From: Candidatus Saccharimonas sp.
Lineage (GTDB): Bacteria > Patescibacteriota > Saccharimonadia > Saccharimonadales > Saccharimonadaceae
Assembly (NCBI GenBank): GCA_022736555.1
Contig: DZCW01000002.1
Coordinates: 25,070-89,069 of the forward strand
Length of the DNA: 64,000 nt
Reading direction: 5' to 3'
Positions 45,950-54,890 of this stretch are shown here, one piece after another; within the stretch, counting starts at the first letter, position 1, and each line of letters starts with the position of its first letter. The notes beneath the pieces were generated by a model. The model worked only from the letters and a program-made list of their open reading frames with translations, was not told where the DNA came from and searched no databases. The position numbers were made by a program, and so were the translations under genes.

Positions 45950-47227
45950 ATGAAGGATGAGAAAATAGCAGTGCTAATTGCTAGCGAAGAAGCTAGGCAG
46001 CGTGACGGTCTAGAATTGATACCTAGTGAAAATTATGTCAGTCGAGATGTTTTGACAGCGCTAGGTAGTGTTTTTACTAATAAATATTCCGAAGGATACC
46101 CCGGAAAGCGTTATTATGGTGGCCAAGATTACACCGATCAGGTAGAACAACTGGCAATCGATCGTGCTAAGCAATTATTTGGAGCTGATCATGCTAATGT
46201 CCAACCACATTCTGGAGCACCAGCTAATGAAGCAGTTTATCATGCATGGCTAGAACCCGGTGACACTGTTCTGGCGATGGATTTGGGCCATGGTGGTCAT
46301 TTGACCCATGGAGCGCCGGTAACTCGCAGTGCTCATTTATATAACTTCATACGTTATAAAATGAAGGACGTCGCGACTGGTGAAATCGATTATGACGAAT
46401 TGCGCGCCTTAGCTCTAAAACATAAACCAAAAATTGTTTTGGCTGGATTTAGTGCTTATCCTAGAGAATTAGATTATGCCAAGTTTGCTGCAATCGGCAA
46501 TGAAGTCGGAGCGCTGCTGATGGCTGATATGGCACATATCGCTGGATTGATTGCTGCCGGAGTGGTCAAGAACCCGTTCGATTATGGGTTTCATGTCATA
46601 ACTACGACTACACATAAAACTTTGCGCGGGCCACGTGGCGGTATGATTTTGTCGAAGGGCATCGTCAGTAACCCATTAAAAGCTCCTGAAAAAACACTCG
46701 AGAATATCCCAACTTTGATTGATCGAGCGGTCTTTCCTGGCACCCAAGGTGGTCCACATATGCATTCAATTGCAGCCAAGGCGGTTGCTTTTTACGAAGC
46801 CTTGCAGCCCGAGTTTAAGCAATATGCTCAGCAGATCCTGGACAACACTTCCACTTTGGCTGACGAATTAAAAAAGCGCGGTTTTCAGCTAGTGACGGGT
46901 GGGACTAGTAACCACCTGATATTAGTCGATATCTATAAGAGTTTTGGAGTTGATGGCAAGGTGGCTCAAACCACTCTGGATGCGGTTGGGTTGAATGTTA
47001 ATGCCAACGCTATGCCTGATGACACTTTACCTCCATTTAGGCCTGGTGGTATCAGATTAGGTACCCCAGCTATAACGACCCGAGGTTTTAAGACCAAGGA
47101 TATGGAGCAGATTGCCGAATGGATGAAACTAGCCATCGATAATCGCGATAATCCTAAGGAATTAGCTAAACTCAGAGAACAGGTTATTGCAATCGCCAGA
47201 CAATTTCCACTACCTAGCGATAAATAG
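45950..47227 (+). CDS. glyA: Serine hydroxymethyltransferase
   Basis: TTTTHKTLRGPRGG PLP-lysine motif. Full length. Confidence 0.95.
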   Translation: MKDEKIAVLIASEEARQRDGLELIPSENYVSRDVLTALGSVFTNKYSEGYPGKRYYGGQDYTDQVEQLAIDRAKQLFGADHANVQPHSGAPANEAVYHAWLEPGDTVLAMDLGHGGHLTHGAPVTRSAHLYNFIRYKMKDVATGEIDYDELRALALKHKPKIVLAGFSAYPRELDYAKFAAIGNEVGALLMADMAHIAGLIAAGVVKNPFDYGFHVITTTTHKTLRGPRGGMILSKGIVSNPLKAPEKTLENIPTLIDRAVFPGTQGGPHMHSIAAKAVAFYEALQPEFKQYAQQILDNTSTLADELKKRGFQLVTGGTSNHLILVDIYKSFGVDGKVAQTTLDAVGLNVNANAMPDDTLPPFRPGGIRLGTPAITTRGFKTKDMEQIAEWMKLAIDNRDNPKELAKLREQVIAIARQFPLPSDK

Positions 47228-47243
47228 GTTGTTGCACTAGTTA

Positions 47244-47276
47244 GTAAAATACCCACTCAACGAGTGGGTATTTTAC
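47244..47276 (+). terminator. Hairpin after glyA
   Basis: GTAAAATACCCACTC-AAC-GAGTGGGTATTTTAC, a 15-bp stem. Confidence 0.55.
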
Positions 47277-47322
47277 TGAGAGTTGTTATATTTAGGCCGT
47301 GCGTTCTAATAAGAATAAAATC

Positions 47323-47353
47323 AAAATACCGCCATTGCTGGCGGTATTTTTTT
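47323..47353. terminator. Bidirectional terminator between glyA and the pilin gene
   Basis: AAAATACCGCCA-TTGC-TGGCGGTATTTT flanked by A/T runs. Confidence 0.75.
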
Positions 47354-47368
47354 ATCTAAGGTTTAAGA

Positions 47369-47896
47369 CTAGCTAGCTGGAGCTGCGAAGTCTGATGATG
47401 AACTTGCTGTACCTACGTATACGTAGTTAGTCGATTGCAAGCCTGTAGAGAAGTCGTAGTAAGTGATCCTACCGCCGGTTGGGCTAGTACATGTTGGAGA
47501 ACAGGTCCAGGTAACTGTGCTTGGGAAGTTAGCTGAAGTGATTGTTGTACCCCATAGTGTTGCAACTGAAACTGGAGCGCCAGTGAATGCGCCAGCCGTT
47601 CCACCTATGCCTGGTACGACAAACATATTTGATGGTAATTTAGTCGTTAAGCCAGCGTCGGAAAATGTAGCTGCAGTTGGAGGATATGATCCGTTATCTG
47701 CATTATATATATCAGCAACGTTTCGTGCGCTCTGAGCGTTAGTCTGTGCTTGAGTGGTCTTTGCACGGGCCGTTACGCCTGTGTATGAGATTATCGTGAT
47801 AGCTGCCAAGATGCCGATAACGACAATAACAACCAAAAGTTCAACGATCGTGAAACCGCTATCCTTTTTTATGCCTTTAATATCTTTTGAGATCAT
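47369..47896 (-). CDS. Type IV pilin (probable major pilin)
   Basis: ...KKDSG|FTIVELLVVIVVIGILAAI with Glu+5. Strong AGGGGG RBS, its own terminator, and a Thr/Ser/Gly-rich C-terminal half with Cys pairs. Confidence 0.85.
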   Translation of the reverse strand: MISKDIKGIKKDSGFTIVELLVVIVVIGILAAITIISYTGVTARAKTTQAQTNAQSARNVADIYNADNGSYPPTAATFSDAGLTTKLPSNMFVVPGIGGTAGAFTGAPVSVATLWGTTITSANFPSTVTWTCSPTCTSPTGGRITYYDFSTGLQSTNYVYVGTASSSSDFAAPAS

Positions 47897-47998
47897 TTAT
47901 TTGCCCCCTATTTTTTTGATTATAATTACAATATACTATAACGTTTATGTTAACACAATCATATTAAAATAGATATTTACTTTTAGACTCTATTTATT

Positions 47999-48826
47999 CT
48001 ATTCATTTAATGCACTGACACGGATTGTGCCAGTCTGAGTCACATCGTGTCCGGCAATAGTATTAGTGGCGGTTATTGTTACTCCTATAGTACTAATAGC
48101 CTGTAGTGTAGTCTGACGATCACTGTCGGACTTAGTATTATCGCTAGATACAGAATCTGCTGTAGTTGACGATGGACTACTATAATAACTAATATTAAAA
48201 CCACTCGAACCCACGCCATCAACTAGGCGAACATCCTGAGCTTTGCAAAATACTCCAGATATGCCAGGGTAACAACTGGGGCGCTGCCATGGTACGCTAC
48301 AACCTGCCGTAGCGTAATTAGCGGGTGCAACCACGCGCCGCCATAGGGTATTATCTTTTACAAAATATACGATGTTCAGAGTTATGGGTTGGTTTAAGTT
48401 AACTAAATTACTACCACACGGGTTGGGACCATTGCTGTATATAATATTTCTAGTTGAAGTGATTGGGTTACTGGTTGTCGCATAGGTATTCAGGATCAAC
48501 ATTGTGCCAGTTGTCGTACTAACGTTATGAAAGTTCGAAGTGCCGTCGTTATTATATCCCTGAGGTGATGTTAATGATACGCTATTGGTTGCCAGATAAT
48601 TACTACTAGATTTTACGTCTTCCTCGATGCGATTTAGGGCATCTTGGATATTGTAAACAAGGGCGTTAGCGCCACGGCTAACTAATACTCCACCGGTTAT
48701 ATAAACAATTACATTTATGAAAATGCCTATCGCGAGGATAATGATTGGCATTACAACCAGCATTTCAACTAATGTGAAACCTCTTTTTGTGTCGATTCCT
48801 GAATTATAGTGTGACGTATGTCGCAT
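47999..48826 (-). CDS. Pilin-like protein (minor pilin candidate)
   Basis: ...TKRG|FTLVEMLVV prepilin motif. 23-nt overlap with the upstream gene. Confidence 0.75.
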   Translation of the reverse strand: MRHTSHYNSGIDTKRGFTLVEMLVVMPIIILAIGIFINVIVYITGGVLVSRGANALVYNIQDALNRIEEDVKSSSNYLATNSVSLTSPQGYNNDGTSNFHNVSTTTGTMLILNTYATTSNPITSTRNIIYSNGPNPCGSNLVNLNQPITLNIVYFVKDNTLWRRVVAPANYATAGCSVPWQRPSCYPGISGVFCKAQDVRLVDGVGSSGFNISYYSSPSSTTADSVSSDNTKSDSDRQTTLQAISTIGVTITATNTIAGHDVTQTGTIRVSALNE

Positions 48827-49187
48827 TGGTGACTACCTGCTGAGGTGTATTATATTTAACCGTTGCGGTGACTTTAGATATAGAATTAGTTGAACTATAT
48901 GGGCAGGTTATTGCTACGGTCACGGTGGCATTCGATATATTGAGCACGGTTATGGGCTGGTCTGATAAAGGGGTTTGAACTACGCATGGGTTGGTGGCGG
49001 TTGATTTGTAACGCTGTAAGTAATCGTAAGCTACGTTACTAGCGTTAGCTTTGGCACGCGTTTCGCCACTATCTTTGACTACTATTGTATATAGTTGATA
49101 GCCAGCAACTAGAAAGATAGCGGCAATGAATAGTGTGACTAGTAATTCGACTGTAGTAAAACCTGATTGGTATGAGTTTTTTTTCAT
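48804..49187 (-). CDS. Pilin-like protein (minor pilin candidate)
   Basis: MKKNSYQSG|FTTVELLV prepilin motif. 4-nt overlap with the upstream gene. Confidence 0.75.
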   Translation of the reverse strand: MKKNSYQSGFTTVELLVTLFIAAIFLVAGYQLYTIVVKDSGETRAKANASNVAYDYLQRYKSTATNPCVVQTPLSDQPITVLNISNATVTVAITCPYSSTNSISKVTATVKYNTPQQVVTNATYVTL

Positions 49188-49711
49188 TGATTTTTACTCG
49201 TTGTTGTATGGATAGTGTTATCAGACTCAGTTGTATAATACAGATTAAATTTACGGCATTCTTGGGAATCCTGAGTGCACAAGGTTCCATCGCCCTGGAT
49301 TGGTTGATAAATATATTGATTAATATTTGGTGACGGAATATTGGTGTTGCTAGCTGATATAAAAGTTTGGGTTGGATCCGTTATGCCAGGTGCGATCAAT
49401 GATTGGGCCTTTATGTCGCGTAGAAACTGTTTCATAGATAAAGATGTGGCAGTGAGGGTTGTTGGTGGGTAATCGCCAGTAGCCGCGGAACTGTCGGTAC
49501 CCGAAGTATAGTAAGTTTCTAGCTGTGTTGCGATAGATTCTATGTCGGCTTTACGTTCGGCATCTCGAGCGCCGATCTGTGATCCACGCAGGTTTATAAC
49601 CCCCAAGGTTAACAGCATACCCATAATCACTATGACGATAAGCAGTTCCACTATAGTAAACCCACGACGATTCATACCTATAATCATAAGCGTATAAGGG
49701 TTAAACCGCAA
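49184..49711 (-). CDS. Pilin-like protein (minor pilin candidate)
   Basis: ...MNRRG|FTIVELLIV prepilin motif. Confidence 0.75.
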   Translation of the reverse strand: MRFNPYTLMIIGMNRRGFTIVELLIVIVIMGMLLTLGVINLRGSQIGARDAERKADIESIATQLETYYTSGTDSSAATGDYPPTTLTATSLSMKQFLRDIKAQSLIAPGITDPTQTFISASNTNIPSPNINQYIYQPIQGDGTLCTQDSQECRKFNLYYTTESDNTIHTTTSKNQ

Positions 49712-49715
49712 GTTT

Positions 49716-50735
49716 CTATATTTCTAATGGCTCTTGTTGTATCTGTACTTGAAAAGTATCGTGGACGGTTTTGATTATCTCGTCGCGAGCTTTTGCTAGA
49801 TCGTTATACGATTTCGCCGATTCGTTCACTAGGACTAGAGCGTTTTTATCATAGATACGTATGCCGTGTATAAGTTTGCCTTTTAATCCAGCGTGTTCGA
49901 TTAGCCAACCGCTAGGTATTTTGTAACTTCCATCATTCATTTCAAAAACTGGTATGTCGTTGTCAATTGCGCGTAGCCCATCCATTTGTTGTTTTCCAAC
50001 TACGGCATTCTTGAAAAATGAGCCAGTATTAGGCAAGATGATGGGGTCGGGGAGTTTATTCTTCCTGATCTCGATTATGGCATCACGGATTGTTTTTACA
50101 TCGAATGCCGTTATATTATGCTTGTCTAGATAATTTTGCAGTGCGCTGTAAAATGGTGGTTCTGGCTGTTTTTTTGATAATTTTAGTGTGATATCAGTAA
50201 TAATATATCGTCCAGTTGAAACGCCTCGAAAAATACTGTATCTGTATGTGAATTCGCAGTCGGTGTTTGTTAATTCTACAAAAGTTTTTGTCTTAGTGTC
50301 ATAGGCGGTCAATGATTGCATAGTGTCGGCGATTTCTTGGCCATAAGCACCGACATTTTGAACTGGAGTGGCACCAGCTGTGCCCGGTATGGCTGACATA
50401 GCTTCGATACCGCTAAGTTTCATATTTATGGTGCGTTCAACGACTGAATCCCAATTCTCACCAGCGCCGATCTTTATAGTTGTGTAATTTACATCATCAT
50501 CTATAACTTCGAAGCCTGGGATATGAATATGGACTATAATTCCATTAAATCCCTCGTCCCTAGCAATAATATTGCTACCACCACCTAACACGAATATAGG
50601 TAGTTTCTGTGACGAAGCGCTATTGCAGGCCTCAACGACATCGTCCTTGGTATAAACTTCTGCGATAAAACTAGCATTACCACCGAGTTTCATAGTAGTA
50701 AGATCTTTGAGTGAAATATTTGTTAGGGTTTTCAT
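49716..50735 (-). CDS. murB: UDP-N-acetylenolpyruvoylglucosamine reductase MurB
   Basis: FAD-binding N-domain (LGGGSNII) and a MurB C-terminal domain (AGWLIE-like SGWLIEHAGLKG). Confidence 0.9.
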   Translation of the reverse strand: MKTLTNISLKDLTTMKLGGNASFIAEVYTKDDVVEACNSASSQKLPIFVLGGGSNIIARDEGFNGIIVHIHIPGFEVIDDDVNYTTIKIGAGENWDSVVERTINMKLSGIEAMSAIPGTAGATPVQNVGAYGQEIADTMQSLTAYDTKTKTFVELTNTDCEFTYRYSIFRGVSTGRYIITDITLKLSKKQPEPPFYSALQNYLDKHNITAFDVKTIRDAIIEIRKNKLPDPIILPNTGSFFKNAVVGKQQMDGLRAIDNDIPVFEMNDGSYKIPSGWLIEHAGLKGKLIHGIRIYDKNALVLVNESAKSYNDLAKARDEIIKTVHDTFQVQIQQEPLEI

Positions 50736-50805
50736 GATATTGATATTATAGCCTATATTACCAAATAGCTAGATTAGAACATGCTGCGTATGTTACAATC
50801 CAGCT

Positions 50806-51153
50806 ATGGCGTATAAGAGTATAGAAGATCAACGTGCAGCAAGTAAGCGACATTATATAGCTAATAAGTGTCTATATATGGAGAGAAATAAAAAATACAG
50901 AAAATCTATCCAAAATTTTATTAAAGATATCAAAGAAAACACCCCTTGTGTTGACTGTCTAGTAAAATACCCGTACTATGTAATGGACTTTGATCATATA
51001 TGCGACAAAGAATTTAATGTAAATTTTCTATCATCCACTGGGCGTATCGGTGCTTTGAAAAAGGAGATAGAAAAATGCGAAATTGTTTGTTCTAATTGTC
51101 ATCGTCGTAGAACGTATGAACGTTCTTTATGCACCCGTAGCTCAGCGGATTAG
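50806..51153 (+). CDS. Small HNH endonuclease
   Basis: CVDC...FDHICDK...N...CSNCHRRRT (CxxC...DH...N...CxxCH). AT-rich. The last 8 codons lie inside the downstream tRNA gene. Confidence 0.7.
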   Translation: MAYKSIEDQRAASKRHYIANKCLYMERNKKYRKSIQNFIKDIKENTPCVDCLVKYPYYVMDFDHICDKEFNVNFLSSTGRIGALKKEIEKCEIVCSNCHRRRTYERSLCTRSSAD

Positions 51154-51207
51154 AGCATCTGTCTTCGGAACAGAGGGTCGGCGGTTCGAATCCGTCCGGG
51201 TGTACCA
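51131..51207 (+). tRNA. tRNA-Arg(UCG)
   Basis: Acceptor GCACCCG/CGGGTGT and anticodon loop CTTCGGA. CCA is encoded. Confidence 0.95.
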
Positions 51208-51275
51208 AGTATAGACATAATAAAGAGACTTCTTAGGGAGTCTTTTTTAGTTGACTAACAGTTTTGAGTTGTGAT

Positions 51276-51301
51276 AACATATCAACAATGATTGATATGT
51301 T
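51276..51301. promoter_or_regulatory. Perfect 10-bp inverted repeat (candidate operator) upstream of the glutaredoxin-like gene
   Basis: AACATATCAA-N6-TTGATATGTT. A TTGACT lies at 51251-51256 just upstream. Confidence 0.3.
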
Positions 51302-51402
51302 GAAAGCTATTGCGGAGGAAAATCGTTTTCATATTATTAGTAGGCCTAGGAATTATATTCACAGGTTACTTGTTCAATATATTAATAAGATAAGGAGTAA
51401 AT

Positions 51403-51657
51403 ATGAAAATAACAGTTTATAGTACAAAAACGTGTGTATATTGCATCATGCTAAAGCGTTGGTTGGATGAAAAGAAAATTGATTACACGGCATATAATGT
51501 TGACGAGAATCCCATTGCCGCACAAAACATGGTTAGGCTTAGCGGCCAAATGGGCGTGCCATTCAGTACGGTAGAACGTGATGATGGTAAGGTGGTGAAT
51601 ATATCTGGATTTGATAGAATGAAGTTTAACGAGGCTTTGGGCATAAAGAACTTTTAA
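51403..51657 (+). CDS. NrdH/glutaredoxin-like small redoxin
   Basis: MKITVYSTKTCVYC (CxxC) and GVPFS motif. 84 aa. AAGGAG RBS. Confidence 0.7.
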   Translation: MKITVYSTKTCVYCIMLKRWLDEKKIDYTAYNVDENPIAAQNMVRLSGQMGVPFSTVERDDGKVVNISGFDRMKFNEALGIKNF

Positions 51658-51745
51658 GTTAATGGGCCTACGATTTAATTAGCAATAGGTTTGATTGAAG
51701 TGTTGCGCCAACAGAGGTGATGGTGTACAATCAGTTTCTGTAAAT

Positions 51746-51822
51746 GGGCCAGTAGCTCAGCTGGTTAGAGCGTCTGCCTCTTAAGTAGAATGTCATGGGT
51801 TCAAGTCCCATCTGGCCCTCCA
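51746..51822 (+). tRNA. tRNA-Lys(CUU)
   Basis: Acceptor GGGCCAG/CTGGCCC and anticodon loop CTCTTAA. CCA is encoded. Confidence 0.95.
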
Positions 51823-51863
51823 AATAATAAAGTCCTATCTACGGTAGGACTTTATTATTTGGA
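51819..51863 (+). terminator. 19-bp perfect hairpin that includes the tRNA-Lys(CUU) TCCA tail
   Basis: TCCAAATAATAAAGTCCTA-TCTACGG-TAGGACTTTATTATTTGGA. Confidence 0.75.
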
Positions 51864-51899
51864 CTGTTGCGGGTGATAACTTAATATATAATCTAGCTT

Positions 51900-52514
51900 A
51901 TGGACAAAATTGATTATAAAAAGAAATTAATTGAATTTTACGCAGCGAAAATAAATAAACCGGTTACGATAACTGTGCCTAAGATGAATTATATTATGGT
52001 CGATGGTCATGGTGATCCCAATACCTCGCAAGATTACATTGATGCGATACAGGCGCTATATCCGGTGGCCTACGGTATAAAATTCTTTTGTAAAAAGGAG
52101 CTGGATGTCGATTTTGGAGTTATGCCGCTCGAAGGTTTGTGGTGGATGAAAGATATGGATAGTTTTAGTGCAGATAAAAAAGATGATTGGCTATGGACAG
52201 CTATGATTATGCAGCCGGATATCGTTAGCAAAGACATTTTCGAGAAAATCGTCAAACAAGTTACTGGAAAAAAGAATCCAAAATCCATAAGTAAAATTCG
52301 TTTTTCATCTTATGACGAAGGCCGATCTGCCCAAGTAATGTATGTCGGGCCATATGCCGATGAAGGCCCTACGATTCAGAATCTTCATTCATACATAAAA
52401 GAGCAGGGCGGAACGCTAAACTCTAACAATAAACATCACCACGAAATATATTTCAGCGATCCACGTAGAACCGCTCCGGATAAATTAAAAACTATCATTC
52501 GCCAGCCTTATTAA
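51900..52514 (+). CDS. GyrI-like small-molecule-binding domain protein
   Basis: Size and pattern (MNYIMVDGHGDP..., GLWW..., HHEIYFSDPRRT) are typical of the GyrI-like/SOUL family. Confidence 0.6.
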   Translation: MDKIDYKKKLIEFYAAKINKPVTITVPKMNYIMVDGHGDPNTSQDYIDAIQALYPVAYGIKFFCKKELDVDFGVMPLEGLWWMKDMDSFSADKKDDWLWTAMIMQPDIVSKDIFEKIVKQVTGKKNPKSISKIRFSSYDEGRSAQVMYVGPYADEGPTIQNLHSYIKEQGGTLNSNNKHHHEIYFSDPRRTAPDKLKTIIRQPY

Positions 52515-52587
52515 CTGATAGGCCATTGTGCCGCTATGTGGATTAAGATATGATTATGCTTAATAAGTTATTAAATAGGAGAATCCT

Positions 52588-53100
52588 GTGAAATCACGTA
52601 ATCCATTAGCTGTGTTAATATTACCGTTTATTACTTTTGGTCTTTATAGTTTATATTGGCAGGTCATCACCAAGGGTGAAATGAATCGTTTAGGAGCTAA
52701 AATTCCAACAGCATGGTTGATAGTTATTCCATTCGTTAACATTTACTGGCTATGGAAATATTCAGAGGGTGTCGAACAAATTACTGATGGCAAAACTACC
52801 GCTCCTGTAGCTTTTATGTTAGAAATGTTACTGAGCGTTATTGGTATGGTTATACTGCAGATTGAATTTAACAAAGTCGGTGGTGCGGCTATAGAATTAT
52901 CAGTTGCCAGTACTAACGTCGCGACAACGACACCTAGCACGACAAATCAAGTTGAAAGCCAAAATCAATTCACTGCGTTCAACCCAACTGCCGAATCGAC
53001 TTTTACGCCATCAGCTCCGATTGAGGACATCCCATCGATGCCAGCGTTAGCGACTTCATCGGACGACGGTCAATCTACGCCTGAAATATCTAACTTATAG
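52588..53100 (+). CDS. DUF4234-like membrane protein with Thr/Ser/Pro-rich tail
   Basis: LYSLYWQV...EMN and IYWLWKY motifs in short TM hairpins. Low-complexity C-terminus. Confidence 0.4.
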   Translation: MKSRNPLAVLILPFITFGLYSLYWQVITKGEMNRLGAKIPTAWLIVIPFVNIYWLWKYSEGVEQITDGKTTAPVAFMLEMLLSVIGMVILQIEFNKVGGAAIELSVASTNVATTTPSTTNQVESQNQFTAFNPTAESTFTPSAPIEDIPSMPALATSSDDGQSTPEISNL

Positions 53101-53213
53101 ATTATTTATGACGCAAATGCCCAGATAAGGATTACGGTTTTTGTCTGGGTATTAAATTTAGCATCGTAACATCAAAGGTGATATTATTGAATCCAGATTA
53201 ATGAATAAAATAT

Positions 53214-54821
53214 GTGTGGATAAAGGCTAGAAATCTAATTTATATGACTACAAATAAGCAATTAAATACTAACGGTCATCAGTTATGGGCTAGACTGGCA
53301 GCGATCAAGGCAGAGAAGGCTAAAAAGGCCGATGAGCCTACCGGTAGGTTGATCAATGTTGCTGGTGTTGGGCGCATGGTCTCGACGGCGTATGAGCAGC
53401 TTCGTAACGCAGCCGAATATGCCCAGGATCACCTGTTGGCGCAAAATGCAATTCGTCGTTTTTTTGTGCGTAATCTATTTTTACAGAATACTACTCTAGT
53501 CGACAAGACGATTGCCGAAGAATTGGTCATCGAGCTAACTCAGTCCGGTTATATAAAAAATAACACACAACCGATTGAGGTAATTGATAGGTTGGGTGAA
53601 ATTATACAGCGGCACTACGGTAATTATCGAAGGTTAAAAGCTTCTGGTGTGATCGAAAAGACCGCTCAGGGCTGGACACTCGACCTATTATCTATCGAGA
53701 GTGAAAAGATATTATTCGAAGATGAAATTCAGAGCGCGTACGTTCAATTTGCGTACAGACACTATCAGACTGTATTACATAAAAAATCATTCATATTTAA
53801 TGCAAATGACGAGGCGAATTTCGAAGCTAGTATATACATGGCGGTCCATCGCTCGTTATTTAAATCCGACATAACGGTTGTTCGGGCTGATATGCAGCAA
53901 CTATATAATATGTCTGACGAAAATATTAATGATTATGCCAATTTCCATAAAAATATTGATGAAATATTTTCTTCGGATATGACTAACAAGATAGCTCGTT
54001 ATATCAATAAATACGGTGCGCCGCTGAGGGTCCTACGTAGCATGGTTCAGAATAACGATCGGGTTAGTGAACTGTTGCCCGAGAGTGACAAATTTGAGCA
54101 TGCTTATTTTACGCAAATCAAAGAGGAATATAGGTCATCGAAAGCTAAATTGAACAAAGGTTTAGCAAAAAGTATCGTGTTCCTATTAATAACTAAAACC
54201 CTCATCGGTGTAGCTATTGAGGTCCCATTTGATATTGCAACTACCGGTATGGTATTGGTACTGCCATTGGCGGTGAATCTACTTACGCCAGTTGTCTATT
54301 TAATTATATTAAGGCTTGGTTTTAAATTACCAGGTGACACCAATAGTAAGGCTATGCAAGTTTATATAAACGATACGCTATATGGTGAGCATAACCAAGT
54401 GGATTTATACCCTGCGGTCAAAGACAAGAGCTATCCTATTGGCTTTACGATTGCCTATGCTTTGATGTTTATTGTTATATTTGGTTTTGTGTCTAATCTG
54501 CTAGCTAGATTAGGCTTCACTATTGTCCAAGGCTTGATATTCTTTGTATTCCTAGCGTTCGCTAGTTTCTTGGGCCTCAGATTACTAAGAATCGTCCAGG
54601 ATTTGGAACTAGTCGCAACTAGGCTGGGGACTATTTCTACGATTCGAGAGTTTCTGTTTATGCCGTTTACTTTCCTAGGTAAATGGCTGTCTGATAAATA
54701 TCAAAAAATTAATATAGTTGCATTGATCTTAGATACATTAATCGAGCTTCCTCTTAAGACCGTCCTACGTCTAGTTAGACAATGGACTGGTTTCATCGAC
54801 GAGAAAAAAGAAGAGATCTAA
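53214..54821 (+). CDS. Hypothetical protein: soluble helical domain of about 320 aa plus a C-terminal polytopic membrane domain
   Basis: Long ORF with no family motif recognised. An alternative ATG lies at 53244. Confidence 0.5.
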   Translation: MWIKARNLIYMTTNKQLNTNGHQLWARLAAIKAEKAKKADEPTGRLINVAGVGRMVSTAYEQLRNAAEYAQDHLLAQNAIRRFFVRNLFLQNTTLVDKTIAEELVIELTQSGYIKNNTQPIEVIDRLGEIIQRHYGNYRRLKASGVIEKTAQGWTLDLLSIESEKILFEDEIQSAYVQFAYRHYQTVLHKKSFIFNANDEANFEASIYMAVHRSLFKSDITVVRADMQQLYNMSDENINDYANFHKNIDEIFSSDMTNKIARYINKYGAPLRVLRSMVQNNDRVSELLPESDKFEHAYFTQIKEEYRSSKAKLNKGLAKSIVFLLITKTLIGVAIEVPFDIATTGMVLVLPLAVNLLTPVVYLIILRLGFKLPGDTNSKAMQVYINDTLYGEHNQVDLYPAVKDKSYPIGFTIAYALMFIVIFGFVSNLLARLGFTIVQGLIFFVFLAFASFLGLRLLRIVQDLELVATRLGTISTIREFLFMPFTFLGKWLSDKYQKINIVALILDTLIELPLKTVLRLVRQWTGFIDEKKEEI

Positions 54822-54823
54822 TT

Positions 54824-54860
54824 AATAATACCAATTCGAGATTGTCGAATTGGTATTATT
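54824..54860. terminator. Bidirectional terminator between convergent genes
   Basis: AATAATACCAATTCG-AGATTGT-CGAATTGGTATTATT, a 15-bp perfect stem. Confidence 0.75.
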
Positions 54861-54890
54861 GGTAGTCTATATACTCGGTAGCTGCGCTAT

